NCBI GenBank assembly: GCA_021613535.1
Contig: CP075497.1
Coordinates: forward strand, 8,370,001 to 8,434,000
Source: Adineta vaga
Taxonomy: Eukaryota; Animalia; Rotifera
Length of the DNA: 64,000 nt
Direction: 5' to 3'
Position numbers and translations under genes: made by a program. The notes below the pieces were generated by a model, which did no database searches, was not told where the DNA came from, and worked only from the letters and a program-made list of their open reading frames with translations. Below, one piece after another: positions 10,586-23,737 of this stretch. Positions within the stretch are counted from its first letter, which is position 1, and every line of letters begins with the position of its first letter.

Positions 10586-13500
10586 ATGCAATCATCGACA
10601 AGCAAAAACAATCTCGAACATCTTTCCTATAAATTAAATGTCTTTCTTTTCGACCATGAACATGATCAATCGACAAATCAAGATTTTGATCCTGATCTCA
10701 ATGATATGGTTGATGATGATGATGACGATCATTTTATTCTTTCAGGTAAAATCACTTTCTTCAATATCTGTATATTAAGAAACAGTTTAACACCTTTGCA
10801 TTTTTTACAGTTGTCTTTGAATTCGATTTTCTAGACTTTAGTACTTTAGTTTTTAAATACTCGACAACTATTATATCTGTATATATTCAAAACGTAAGGT
10901 TGACAATTTCTTCCGTTCTTAACACTTTTGTATTCGTGTAAGCATTCATAAACATTTACTAATGGATTGTTACAGTATAAGTGGAGAGAAAACGAGAACA
11001 ACTATAATTTCCTCTTGAACAACGATCGAAAGAAAAAATCTTGACGAGATCGATAATAATAATAATAACGATGATGTACATCAAAATATTAATAATAATG
11101 ATTATGAACAAATGGAGAGGGTGCTCTTTGTGACGATAATAGTAGAAGAATTCATCGTAATAAAAAATAATATAATGAGTTTTTCTTTTACATGCAGAAG
11201 ATTTATGAGCAAAATCTGATTAGTCATTCAAAATAAAGTTCTTAATAAATAGGTTATCCTTTTTTCATGAATTACATTTGGACGATTTATATCCAAGTTA
11301 TTATCATTTCGTTCTGTTCCTTTCTTATATATATATCGAATGATAGACAAGTTTGACAAACATCAGACAAGTGGATATGATTGTAGAGTTCTTCATCTAC
11401 ATAATAAACGATGGATGATCATTTGTCTCGAGATAGATACGATACAAATCATTTGTAGAAAATCTTGTCTATGAAAAGAAAAGAGAAACAAAACCTAATA
11501 ACAACTGATATGATATTGATCGATAAGTATATATTGAATAGATCTAGGAGAAAAAGAAAAACTCTCTCGAGAGAAAATCGATATATATACAATGATAATT
11601 CACTAGTCGTTCGAGGGCTATTTGAATAACTACAACTATACAATTTATGTACTTCTGTTCGTCATTAATGACTGATGAGTTTTTGGAGAAGTAGTATGTG
11701 ATTATTATCGAGGTTATTTTGTTAGTATTTTCTTCGAATTTTTAGACCGTCCATTACGTTTACAACGTCATTCGCATGTTAAATATATTCAAGAAGAAAC
11801 AACAGATGATCTTTCTGCAACAACAACAGCAGCATCAACTGAAACAACAACGACACCACTACTTAATCCACGTCAAATAAATGAGTATGAACTTCTTCAT
11901 ATTAGAATAAGAAGAAAGAAAGCATTTGTTTAATATTAGTTTTTCTTCTTTTATCGTTAAAAGCTTTTATATTTAAAGTAGAAAACTAGCAAAGTGTCAA
12001 ATATGAATTTACTCTCGTCCGTTTTTTTTCTTCTTTTTCTCTATTTTTACAAAATTACATAGGCGAGAATCGAGAAAAAAATGAATTATCATTATTATTC
12101 AACATGTAAGTGATAAAAACTTCGTTCTCTTTCATTCTACTAGTAACTTATATAAATAGTCTTTTTCAAGTTTAATGGGCCTTTTTTCTCATCATTATAA
12201 ATGATATTTAAAGATCATCATCATTAACCGGAAAAAAAATAGAATGAACTTATATTTTCTTGATTGATACACCGTCAAAATAATCAAAGAGAGAAAGTAT
12301 GGGAGTGTTCTTCAGTAGACTCGCCTTGTGTACGGAAATCATTCTATATTATTTACGTGTATTGTTCTTTACGTTACACTTTCCTTCTTTCTTCGTAATT
12401 GTAGAGAAATAAGAAAAAAAAGAGGCACTTTCATCGTATAGACACATTTCGATTCGCATTAGATTTTAATTAATTATTAAATATGGGCAATAAGTAGAGA
12501 ATATTTCTATCCCGTTTCTTTTCTTTTTCTATAGAGTAATAAATCATGATTGATTTCTGAGTTCGTCCACCTACACTAAATGTGTCAGAACTATCTCTTA
12601 AAGAAGAATCGAGACATTACGAGATCTTCACATAAATCTCTCTCCCTCTTTCTCATTCACTATTATCCTTGAATAAGAAAAGCGATGACTTCATGTTTCT
12701 TCGAGCTCAAAGCATTTCACTAATTTGAATTATATAAAATTTGTACTAATTGACATGATAAGCCAAGAATACACGCAGATAAAGAAACGAACTAGAGAGA
12801 TATCCAGACAATTCTCCTTCTGTCATTGTTAATATGTTTTCTAGTTAACTAATAGGATTATTTTTCATAATATTGTTTAATCAGTTGAAAAGAAATTTTC
12901 ATCAATAAATTGATTTATTCTCCGATTGAAAGTGAAAAGAGAGAGAGAGAAAACGAATGAGTTCATTAAGAAAAAAAAGTATCATTTTTGAATATACCTC
13001 CGATGTTAAAAAAAATGAAACCATAATGTCTAGCTTGTGAAAATTAACCTAATTAAAAGTTAGTGTCTATTTTCGCTCTAATAAATGACAGTGACGTGTC
13101 ACTCTCGGTTTCCGATTCATCCACGCACCCTGCCGGTTTTCAAACGGATATGATCGAATTAGACGACAGAAGCGAGTAGAAAAGGAATAGAATGAAAGAT
13201 ACTTCCTTGTCAACTGTTCTTCTTAATACATAAACACATACGAACGAACTAAAACTCAATCATAGTTGCTTGTCATCAACTATCTTGTTATTGATTTTAG
13301 CAATCACAATATTGGTACAAATAGTGCTGCAGCTGTTGTTCCTCTCATTGTTGTCACAGATGACGAGACTGATACAGCATCATCAAAACGTTTCGTACAT
13401 TACTCATCTAGGATTGACAAAGCTAAAAATTCTTATTCATCAATTACACCTATCAATATGGATAACATAAATTTCAAAGGTATCAGAGGAAAAGATTTTC

Positions 13501-16500
13501 TTCGAAAATCAAACATAACATGTTTTCTATATATTGAAGATTATTTTGGTAATAATTCTTGTCCTGAATCACCGTTTCTAAACGAGAAAAATTCATCATC
13601 AACAACAAATGCAGTGAATCTATCACCACCAGGAGTTTCTTCAACAGTTACACCAACTATAACAAGTACTGGAAGTGGAAAACGACGTGGACTTAGCCAT
13701 CGAGCAAGTTATAAACGTGCACATACAGGACGATTAGTATGCATCTCTCTTCTATTCTACTTAATTGCCTACTGTTTTTCATGTAGTCGATTGATCATAC
13801 ACCCAATGAATTATTCATTGAATTACAAGAATTACAAACAGATGATCATATTGAATATTATTGGAATGAATGTGCAAGGTATAAGAAACAAAAAAAAACA
13901 ATTTTCTTGGAAAAACATTTTTTTTTTGTATCGTAAATAGATGGATTCGATTTGAAGAAGATTTCGATGTTGAAATGCTTCGTTGGCAAGGTTTGTATTC
14001 TTTTAATGATCATTTCAAATCCTATAATGAATTGATTTTTCTAGCTCCAAGAGTTGGATGTTTAAACTTTCACAGCCTGTTAGAATTACGTCGTGGTTTA
14101 CAATACGGTTTGTAGATAAATTTGAAATATAATACTCTTTTCTCAAGGATTCTTTCTAGGTATCGTTTTACTTGATCTTGATGAACAAACCCTCGATGGA
14201 ATCTATGAAGCTATTATTAATGATGCTGTTGCGAACGGACAAATGAATAAAGATGTTAAAGATGAAATATTACGTATTCTAGCAAGCAATCATAAGTATT
14301 ATTTTGAGTGATTCTTTTTTGCAAGTTCATTCATTGAAATAAATTTATTTAGACATCCAGAACCTCGTTCATCCTTTCGACGTCGTTCTTCTGCTGTTGA
14401 TTTCCCTCCCGTAAGCACGCGACGTTCAAGTTTAGCATTTAAAAAGAATGAACAAGTTAATGTGGACGATGCACGACGAATGAGTTTACTCGAATCAAAA
14501 ATTAATGGTGAATTAAGTAAAAATTTGAAAAGTCTCGTTGTTAGAGTAAGTTTATTTGATTATCAAGATACTTTTAAAGTTGAATTTATTAGTATGATCA
14601 TGTGGATGAAACAGTTATGACTGATATACAATCGAAACAAGTCTCAACTGAACAACTTAATAATACGAAAGGTAGCAATGAAAGTGTTAATCAATTGCGA
14701 CCTCCACTTATCAGTCATCGACCGTCACAAAGTCAACCAAAGAAATCACGAGATTCTGGCCAACCTAGAGTAAGTGATACATCTTTGAATATTCTCAAAA
14801 AAAAAGTTTTCAATCATTATTCAATGAAGCAGTTGTTTTGAAAAGTGTTTGAAAATCGAAGTTTACATTAAATCAAACGATAGTAATTAAATACTTCTTT
14901 TGAAATTAATAGTATATGGTTACTTGACATTTTCCTGAGAGATAATTGTATCAACAGAGAGGAAAAAAAACACATTTTAACCTACCTATTAACTTAGAAA
15001 AATCATTAATGATAGTCTATATATCATAATTGAAGGATGTATGACTATGTACACAGCTAGTTTTCGAGACATCTGGAATTCCGGATGCGTATTGGAGTGC
15101 AAAGTCATTCATCTTTAAAGAAAAACTATCATTAACCAGTGAATATATGTCAGCATCTATTTCCTCAAAATATAACTAAAAATACTCATCGATGAACGAT
15201 TAACTTTAAATACTATTAATAATAGTCTGAGCTATATTTACATTTCTTATTGATTTGAAAGCTATGATAGACCCTAGATAAGCTAAATAATGTCCGATCG
15301 ATTCTTCTTTTCTAGTCTGATCTCATGCGACGAATTCCAGATAATGCTGAATGTGCAGAAGTACTTATTGGTGGAATACGAAGTTTAACCAGACCAGTGA
15401 TGGCATTTGTGCGTCTTTCAGAAGGTCAACATATGGGTAAAAGACTTCCATACATGTACAATTATAATTTATTCCTTGTTTTATTTTAAAAAATCTATAT
15501 CGTAGTTAATATATCTGAAGTTCCATTACCTGTTAAATTTATTTTTGTTTTGGTTGGACCTGTACTCGAAGAATATTTTGAAATTGGTCGTTCATTGAGT
15601 ACTCTTTTTAGTACACCAGTAAGCAATAGATTTCCATCGAGTTTTGATTAATAATTAGTGAAATGATGTTTAGGATTTTCGTGAAGTTGCTTATCAAGCA
15701 ATGGATCGTCGAGATTTATTGAATGGTATCAATGATTTTCTAACAGATTCGATTGTTTTACCACCCGGTGACTTTGAAAAAGAACTTTTATTACCAGTGA
15801 TTGAAACAGCAAAAATGAAAAATAATAATGCTAGACGACGATCAACAAGACGTCGAAAACAAACGAAAGATCGATCAATCGAAAATCAACAACAACAAAA
15901 TCCATCTCAAGGTAAGTTTTCTATTTTGTCAAAATTATTTTCTCTCTAAACAAAATTCGTTTCTAATTATTTTAGCATCAAGAGTACTTTTAGGTAAATC
16001 CATGTTTATTTTTGTTGAAGTTTTTTTAAAATATATTCTATTTAGCTCAAATATCGTCTTTATCACATGATAAACAAGAAGAGGATCCATTTCTACGAAG
16101 TGGTTTTGTATTCGGTGGTGTTTATCGTGAAATGCAACGTCGTTATGCTTATTTTAAATCAGATTTTTTGGATGCATGTTCACTCCATTGCGTTGTTAGT
16201 CTCATATTCATGTTTATCGCTTGTCTTGCACCTGCACTTACCTTTGGCGGTATTATAGGTAGATGAACTTAATTTATATGAAATCATTTGATTTATCGTT
16301 TTTCTCTTCTCTCTTTAAATTAGCTGACAAGACAAACAATCTGTTAGGTGTAAATGAAATGTTGATTGCATCGTCTATCAATGGATTTATCTTTGGATTG
16401 TTCAGTGGACAACCATTGATGATTCTTGGACCAACAGGACCATTTCTTGTTTTTGAAGAAATGGTTTATGATGTAAGTATTTCATAGATAAAATCTTTCT

Positions 16501-18463
16501 CTTGTTTTAAATAACGAAAATTTTCAGTATCGAATAAAAGATATTCTATTTGTTTTAGTTATGTCAATTATTATATTCAGATTTTTGGACAGTACGCTGC
16601 TGTGTTAGTCTTTGGACAACCTTTTTTATAATTATCCTTGTGGCTTTCGAAGGTAGCTTTATGATTCGTCATGTTACTCGATTTACTGAAGAAATCTTTG
16701 CTCTTATCATTGCTCTTGTTTATCTATATGAACCATTTAAAAAACTTTTTAAAGTAAAATTCATACAATTGATTTCATTCTATATTTTCTTCATTGTTTG
16801 TTTTTTATCGTAGATATTTCGTTTAAATCCAGTTCGATCAATCTATAATTATGATTATCCATTAGCTTGTGCATGTAATATATCGTCTATAATGAATATC
16901 ACATTAGCTTTAGATAATATGAATTCATCATCTAATGATATATTATTGCCTTCTTCATCGAAGTATTCGTGCTATAACTGTATATCACCAAAAGAATATT
17001 CGTCCTCGTCTTCAGTTCTATCGAATAATAATTCAACATCGACATCCAATGATGAAAGTTCATTGCCTAACAAAGCACTTCTTTCATTTATTATATTACT
17101 TGGAACATGTTTTATTTCTGTTGCACTTAAACGTTTTCGAAGAAGTAATTTCTTTGGTCGAACAGTAAGTCAATTGTGAACAACATGAATGAAATCGAAT
17201 TTCTTTTCTTTTTAGACACGACAAACATTGAGTGATTTCGGTATGTCAATTGCGCTCATCTGTATGGTGCTGTTCGATATGTTAGTTACAAAAAGTACTG
17301 GTGGTCATAGTCTTACTCAAGTAATGTAGTTCGAGAGATATAAAATCTTCAGTGATTTATTTCTATAAATTTAGAAAATAACTGTACCTGATTCAATTCG
17401 ACCGAGTGATCTTGAACGTGGAAATATATGGTTTATATCACCCGTACGAAAAACTATACCATTTTGGCTTTATTTTGCATCCTCAATTCCTGCTATTTTG
17501 ATATCTGTGGTGCTGTTCTTTGAAGTCGAATTAACTAGGTAATAGATAAAAAAAAAGAGAAATAATGGTAGTTTTAATTTTCTTCTCTCTCTCTTTCAGC
17601 ATGATGATTCAATCAAAACTTCGATGTGTTCATTCCTCAAAAATTGTCAAAGGAACTGGTTATCATCTAGACATCTTGATCGCTGGTATGGCGAATTCTT
17701 TTTCTTTTGAAATCTATTTGTTTTTCTTCTAGGTTTATTGGTATCTATCAGTGGATTATTTGGCCTTCCATGGATATGTGCCGCACCTGTACGAAGTATT
17801 GCTCACGTTGCTAGTTTATCGAAATACAGTAATACTCATGCGCCTGGAGAAAAAGCTCGCTTAATTGAAATAAAAGATCAACGTTTAACAAATATCGGTG
17901 TACATTTATTGATTGGTTGTACAATATTTGCTGCTCCAATTATTCGTAAAATTCCGGTTGCTGCTTTATTTGGTATATTTTTATATTTTGGTATTGTTTC
18001 CATTTCTGGTACACAATTATTTAGTCGATTAAAAATGACATTTATTCCAGCAAAATATCATCCAAATTTTGGTTATTTAAGACGAGTATAATCTATGCAT
18101 ATTCTTGAATTTAAACTAAACATTTTCTCTGGATTTCTTTTGATAGGTTCGTCAAATGAAACGTAATGTATATACATTTGTACAAGTGATAGCAGCAGGC
18201 CTATTAATCATTATAAAAATTACTAGATTTGCATTTTTATTCCCATTTATTCTCGTCTTACTTGTCCCATTTAGGAAATGGTGTCTTCCATTTTTCTTCA
18301 CAGAACGTGAACTTACAGAGGTAAGATAGATAGTTCTTTTTTTTCTCGAAAGAAATGTTCCTTTTTTTTCTATCAATTTGTTTAGCTCGATGGTGATGAA
18401 GAACAGAATCGTGTCTTTGATGATGAACTTGATTTCTATGGTCAAGTTCATTTACCAATTTAA
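10586..18463 (+). CDS. SLC4 family anion exchanger/bicarbonate transporter, >20 exons
   Basis: Motifs WNECARWIRFEED, LNFHSLLELR, AFVRL, VPLPVKFIFVLVGP, EIGRSLSTLF, FLTDSIVLPP, PALTFGG, FSGQPLMILGPTGP, VTRFTEEIFA, LPNKALLS, KGTGYHLD, FGLPW, DQRLTN, LFGIFLYFG. The 5' exons (10586-10746, 11747-11884, 13301-) join in frame. Confidence 0.93.
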
Positions 18464-18663
18464 TTATGGAAATCATCCTATTTGATCAGTAACCGGTGTT
18501 TTTATTTTTCTTGACTTATGTAGATGAAAGAACAATTCAATGTATTTTTACGATCGACAAAAAAGAAAGCAAAGAAAAAAAACGAATCATTTTGTTAACA
18601 TATCTTGGTTTTATTCATGTTCTTTCGTATATATTTGTTGGAAACTAGTTGTTTTTCTTTCAA

Positions 18664-19760
18664 TTACCATTGTGAATATAAATCGGATTGAGGTATATTT
18701 TGAAGAAATTCATTTTTGTGTACAATCCAATAAAGAAGTTCAGCAACAATTGTGTCATGTTTTTCGGCAAAATCTTTCCATACTTCACTGATATCCATGA
18801 TTTCTTTAGCATGATCAAGAAAATATTCAATACATTTTTGTCGAACATGCTTATTATCATATCGATAGGCAGCTTTCAATAACATTAAAACATTGTTTGT
18901 ATTGATATGATTAGAAATAACTTCGCAAAAATATCAATCATAGAATCATTTGAAAGAAAATAAAGATACTTACATTGACCTGTATGTACTTTCAAACTTT
19001 TGATATCATATCGACCAGCAGCATCGAGTAAACCATAAGCTTAGAATAAAAGAAAAATTTTGTTTTCTTCATATATCATTATTCAAGAAGGAAAATTTAC
19101 CATTACGTTCATTTAATTCACATTTCGCTGTATAAAGAAATATAATCAATTGTTTCATTATTTCAGGATCAGTTTTATCGATTGAAATAATCAATTTATT
19201 ATTTTCAGTAACTGTTTGAAGTTGTTCTCTTGTTGTTGTATCAAGTCGATTGACACTACCCGATATAACAGCTATACATAGATGAAGAAGAAGAAGACGA
19301 AAAAAACATCAAATTATTTTTCAACTTTTCCTATGTATTTACCAGCAAAAGTATTCGAACGAGCAGCGAGAACACACCGATGAACAGCCATGTAAGTACC
19401 TGAAAAACGAATAAGAATGCAATGGAAGAAAATCTTTGTTGAGATTGTTTTACCTCTCACATTCAGTAAACAATCACTAATATCTGTTCGATTCAATAAT
19501 TGAGCAAAATCATCTGATAGATGTCGAAGTAAAGGCATTTCAAAACCTTTTGTATTGGATTGATTAAAATTTTCGGCGGTATACCGTTGTTCATCATTTC
19601 GATTTGATTGTCCTAAACGATTTCCAAGTACGAAATTATCAGGTAGTTTAGGAGTATATCGTTGTGTTGATGACAATGTTTGTGGTTTAGTTGTTTGTTG
19701 AGAAAGTGAAGCATTATCATTATCATCATTATTATTCACAGGCATTGTTAGTGAAGTCAT
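18664..19760 (-). CDS. BTB/POZ domain protein (SPOP-like BTB plus helical C-terminus, no MATH domain)
   Basis: LSDDFAQLLNRTDISDCLLNVRG|TYMAVHRCVLAARSNTF, IDKTDPEIMKQLIIFLYTAK, LLDAAGRYDIKSLK, NNVLMLLKAAYRY; all GT-AG introns join in frame. Confidence 0.88.
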
Positions 19761-20333
19761 TTTGTCAAACTGATTTGTTTCAGTATTAAAAACAAAAGAA
19801 AAACAAGGTGGTCTGTAATAATCTAACAATGTTTCATCATATTACTGTAGTAACTATCAGTAAAATAATATAATGTGTAACTGTGAAGGACTGACAAACA
19901 GAAGATGTTTATTTGATATTAACTTAATGTTATTTCTTTGCGTTTTCATTTTATTCGTAAATATGTGATAAACATTTATGAAGATAAGAAATGATTATAT
20001 TTTGGAAGTTTAAGAAAAAATATAGAATTTTCATATAGTTTTTGGACTGAGAGAATTTGAAATAATAAACATGTTTTCATAATATTGATTTCTATGAAAT
20101 ATACATCTATGACTTCAATAATGTTGATATAATTATAAATAAGTACATAAACATATTTAAATAATGCAAAAACTAAACTATTTAAAAGAAAAAAATATTT
20201 ATATTTTGCAATATGTCTTACTTGTTCAATTGACAAATCATTAAGAAAAATCGTATTTATTAAAGAAACGATAAAAACATATTACTAAACAGACGACAAA
20301 ATCATTCCTAGTGAGAACATCGATTCCATCGAC

Positions 20334-23238
20334 ATGACAAAACGATCGATGTACTACTTGATTTTTATCCAATTGTTTGTCTTAATAAATTCATACGAAT
20401 TTAATCCAACTGATTATGAACTTTATGGACCAACTTTAGCAGCTAATGATCAATTTATTGTTGCTCTACAAAGCCGAACTGGTATAACATTCTCCGCTGT
20501 AACCAATTATTTATCAACAACATCAACTCATTGCACAGTTAGTTATATAACAACTCCTGCTCGAAGTTGTTACGCAACAATGATAGCTGTTGGACGAAAT
20601 AGTTTATCTTCAGCGAATGTTCATAAATTTGTATTTATCACGTATTCACACAATGATACATCAATCTATATGGTAACTGCTACGATAGCTTTTTCTACAT
20701 GTCAATTAACAATACTTCATAATCAAAGAATAGTGATTACAGCATCATATCCATCCTATTCAGTTCTTGGTGTTAATGCTGATTCAAAATTAGCTTTTTA
20801 TATAGCAGATACGAACACATATATTCAAGATTTGTTTTCACCTTTTTCAAGCAAAAACTGGTCAGCACTGAGTCCATATCCACCTAGTAACCGCTTTATT
20901 CCAGTAGGAATTGATTTGAAAAATTCTTCGGGTATACTAGCTGCTTACACGAGAAATTCAACAGCGCCAGCTCGAAGTACTGATTCGAAATTTCGACCAA
21001 CGATTTATCAAGTTGATTTTTCGACTTGTTTTTTGAGTAAAATTCCTTCATGCATCATGTTGACTGCAGTAGAACAAATAAGCTATCCTTTTGCTTGGCA
21101 ATCAGCAAAAGCGCCACCAACTGATGCTGTTGACAATGAATATGATTCATTATACGATATTTCTGTATCGATTAATGATAAAGATTATGTTTTAATTGGT
21201 ATTCAATCTATCAATACAGTTTATTGTTTTTCAGCTGCTTCAACAGCATTTAACGAATCTGGAAGTCGTATACCGAGTACAATAACAAGTATCGGGTTTG
21301 GCAAAGGTGTTGGTTGGCTCGATAATACAACAGCTGCTGTTCTACTCAATAATTTTACAATTGACTATGCTCAATGGCGCACATCACATATTGAATTATA
21401 TCCAATTACAGATTCAACTTCATTATCGAATACAATTTCTGCTTATTCATCGTATCCGAATGCTCATCAACAATTATGGCCACCATTAAATGATCGTTTA
21501 ATTGATATGCTTGCTATGCCAGGTTCTGGTTCAGTAATCTACATGGATTATGTTGGTAATGTTCATGTTGTTCGTCCAAGTCCAGCTGCGAGTTTCGCAT
21601 ATACATATGGTGGTGTTGGAAAACCGAATAATACAATTTATGTAGCTCCAACAATGCGATGTCCATCGGGTACATTGAAGAATCAATCCGCCTATGGAAA
21701 AGAAATATTTCGACATTGTGTGCTGTGTCCTGAAGGTACGTTTCATGCTCCAAATCGTTCGAATCAAACAGATCGATGTACACCATGTGATACGAGTCTT
21801 TATTTTTGTCCATGGGGAGCGGTTACAGAAATGCCAATAAGTATTTTAGACACAATAAGTCAAGCTCATGTCTATCCTCAATCACCAGAAAATGATGGTT
21901 TTGAAGATATATTATTATTAAATATGTTTAATATTGAATTTCCTGCATATTGTATAGCTAAACAACCACTTTTCTATGGAGTTATTATCATTGGTGTTGG
22001 TTGTTTGTTTTTATTAGTTATGGGTATACTTAAATTAACAGGTAAATTAAAAAAACAACGTCGAATGATAAAGAGTGTTTTTAAACAAACAGATCTCATT
22101 GGTGAAGGAGAAGTAAGTGTTTTTGTTTTAGAAAGTTGTATCTTCTATTTTCTAATTTCTCGTTAAGCTTTGGATTGGTGGTGTTGCTTCACTTGCTATT
22201 ATGGTCGTATCAATACTAGCATTTCGATTTTCAAGTAAATTTATGTATCAATATCCGATTGAAACGGCTACGGATGCAACATTTGCTTGTGATCCAACAT
22301 TAAGAAATGCAAAATTTTCTACTAGTATGCAATCATTAGGTACACCTTTACTTGACGATGAACAACCTTTATTTGATATGCTTAATAGTCAATCATTTAC
22401 ATTGAATGTTGCATTTATTAGTACAGATTTTACAGCTGATCAATTAAGTGTTGAACAAGTCTTAGGTTCAATTCGTATTGATTTACCTTTTATAGTCAAT
22501 GAAACTGATGGCATACTTTATATTTCAACAAATTTAACATCACATAGTACAACAATTCAATTTACTGTATTGAGTGGTTCAGCAGTTGGTGCACTTCGAA
22601 TTGGTTTAAGTGGTCCAGCAATTCAAGATAATAATTACAATGTCAAAGAATTGAATTTTTCCTATGCATTTAATCATACAGATCGAACTGTAACACAAGA
22701 TCCAATAATAACTGTTCAATTAATTAAATTAATTAATGAAACAGAACCATTATTAAGTAGTGATCAAATTCAATATAGTGGAATTTGGGTGCCAACATTT
22801 ATAAAAAATGAAGAACAACTTTTTTATACAGAAAGTGATTTTCAATTATATCATACAAGTGATCGAACTGTTTTTACTGTACAATTAACCGAAGCAACAT
22901 ATTATATTTATAATCAACAAGAACCTATAACAAAATTGACGGAGGTTATCTTTACGGATATACTTTTTACGACAATGTGCATTGAACTTTTTGCATTAAC
23001 ATTTCTCTTCTTCAAATTGGCTATTTTACCACTTGTTCGAATAATTCTTGCATTAATTTTCAAATCAAATAAAGTTTCTCCAAAGAAAAAGACTCCTGGT
23101 GGATGTCCATATTGTCGATCGGTCGATTCAGCAAGTTTACCAACACAGAGTGTGCCCGTCAAACGATCACAAAATAATACGAAAATGCATTCAATGCGAC
23201 GACCAATACCTGAAAGTGGAAAAACTCATGTTGTTTAA
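20334..23238 (+). CDS. ~949-aa cell-surface protein, paralog A: signal peptide, beta-rich ectodomain, Cys-rich GCC2/ephrin-receptor-like repeats, 3 TM
   Basis: ORF 20334-22112, intron 22113-22167, exon 22168-23238. Contains CPSGT..C..CPEGTF..C.PC..FCPWG. TM1 FYGVIIIGVGCLFLLVMGIL, TM2 LWIGGVASLAIMVVSILAF, TM3 ILFTTMCIELFALTFLFFKLAIL. Confidence 0.88.
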
Positions 23239-23737
23239 ACTTTATTAAATATTTATCCAAAGCGAATATACTTATGTCAGTGTTGTGTGTCTTTGTGCTG
23301 CAAATTGTGTATTTCAATGCTTTTTCTCATCTTCTAAAATATATTTATCAAAAGCATATTTGTTGATTAGATTTTGTATACAGATATTCTATCACTTTCG
23401 ATTATTTTCACGAAAGATTCGAACTTTTTTACGAAGAATAAATTCGTTTTGAGGTGTTTTCCAATTGATGAAAACATATGTTAAATATTATCTTTTCATG
23501 ATTGCAATTTATGTTTACTCGTTAGAAAATAAATATACGAAAGTCAGTCATTCCATGATCTACTTATTTTTGATAAATATTTTCTTGGTAAATCATTATT
23601 CTTTTTTTGAGAAAGATCAAAATAAAAAAAATTACAAGTAAATATCTAAATTATTTATTTTATTTGCATATCATTGAAAAATTGTCAAATATAGAAGTAC
23701 ATAAAGTCATTTTCTATTACTTTACAACTTGCATTTC

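Noticed and set aside
11030-11120. Asn/Asp-rich exon-like stretch in the first SLC4 intron
   Set aside because: No acceptor in the phase required to join the flanking exons; may be AAT microsatellite-derived.
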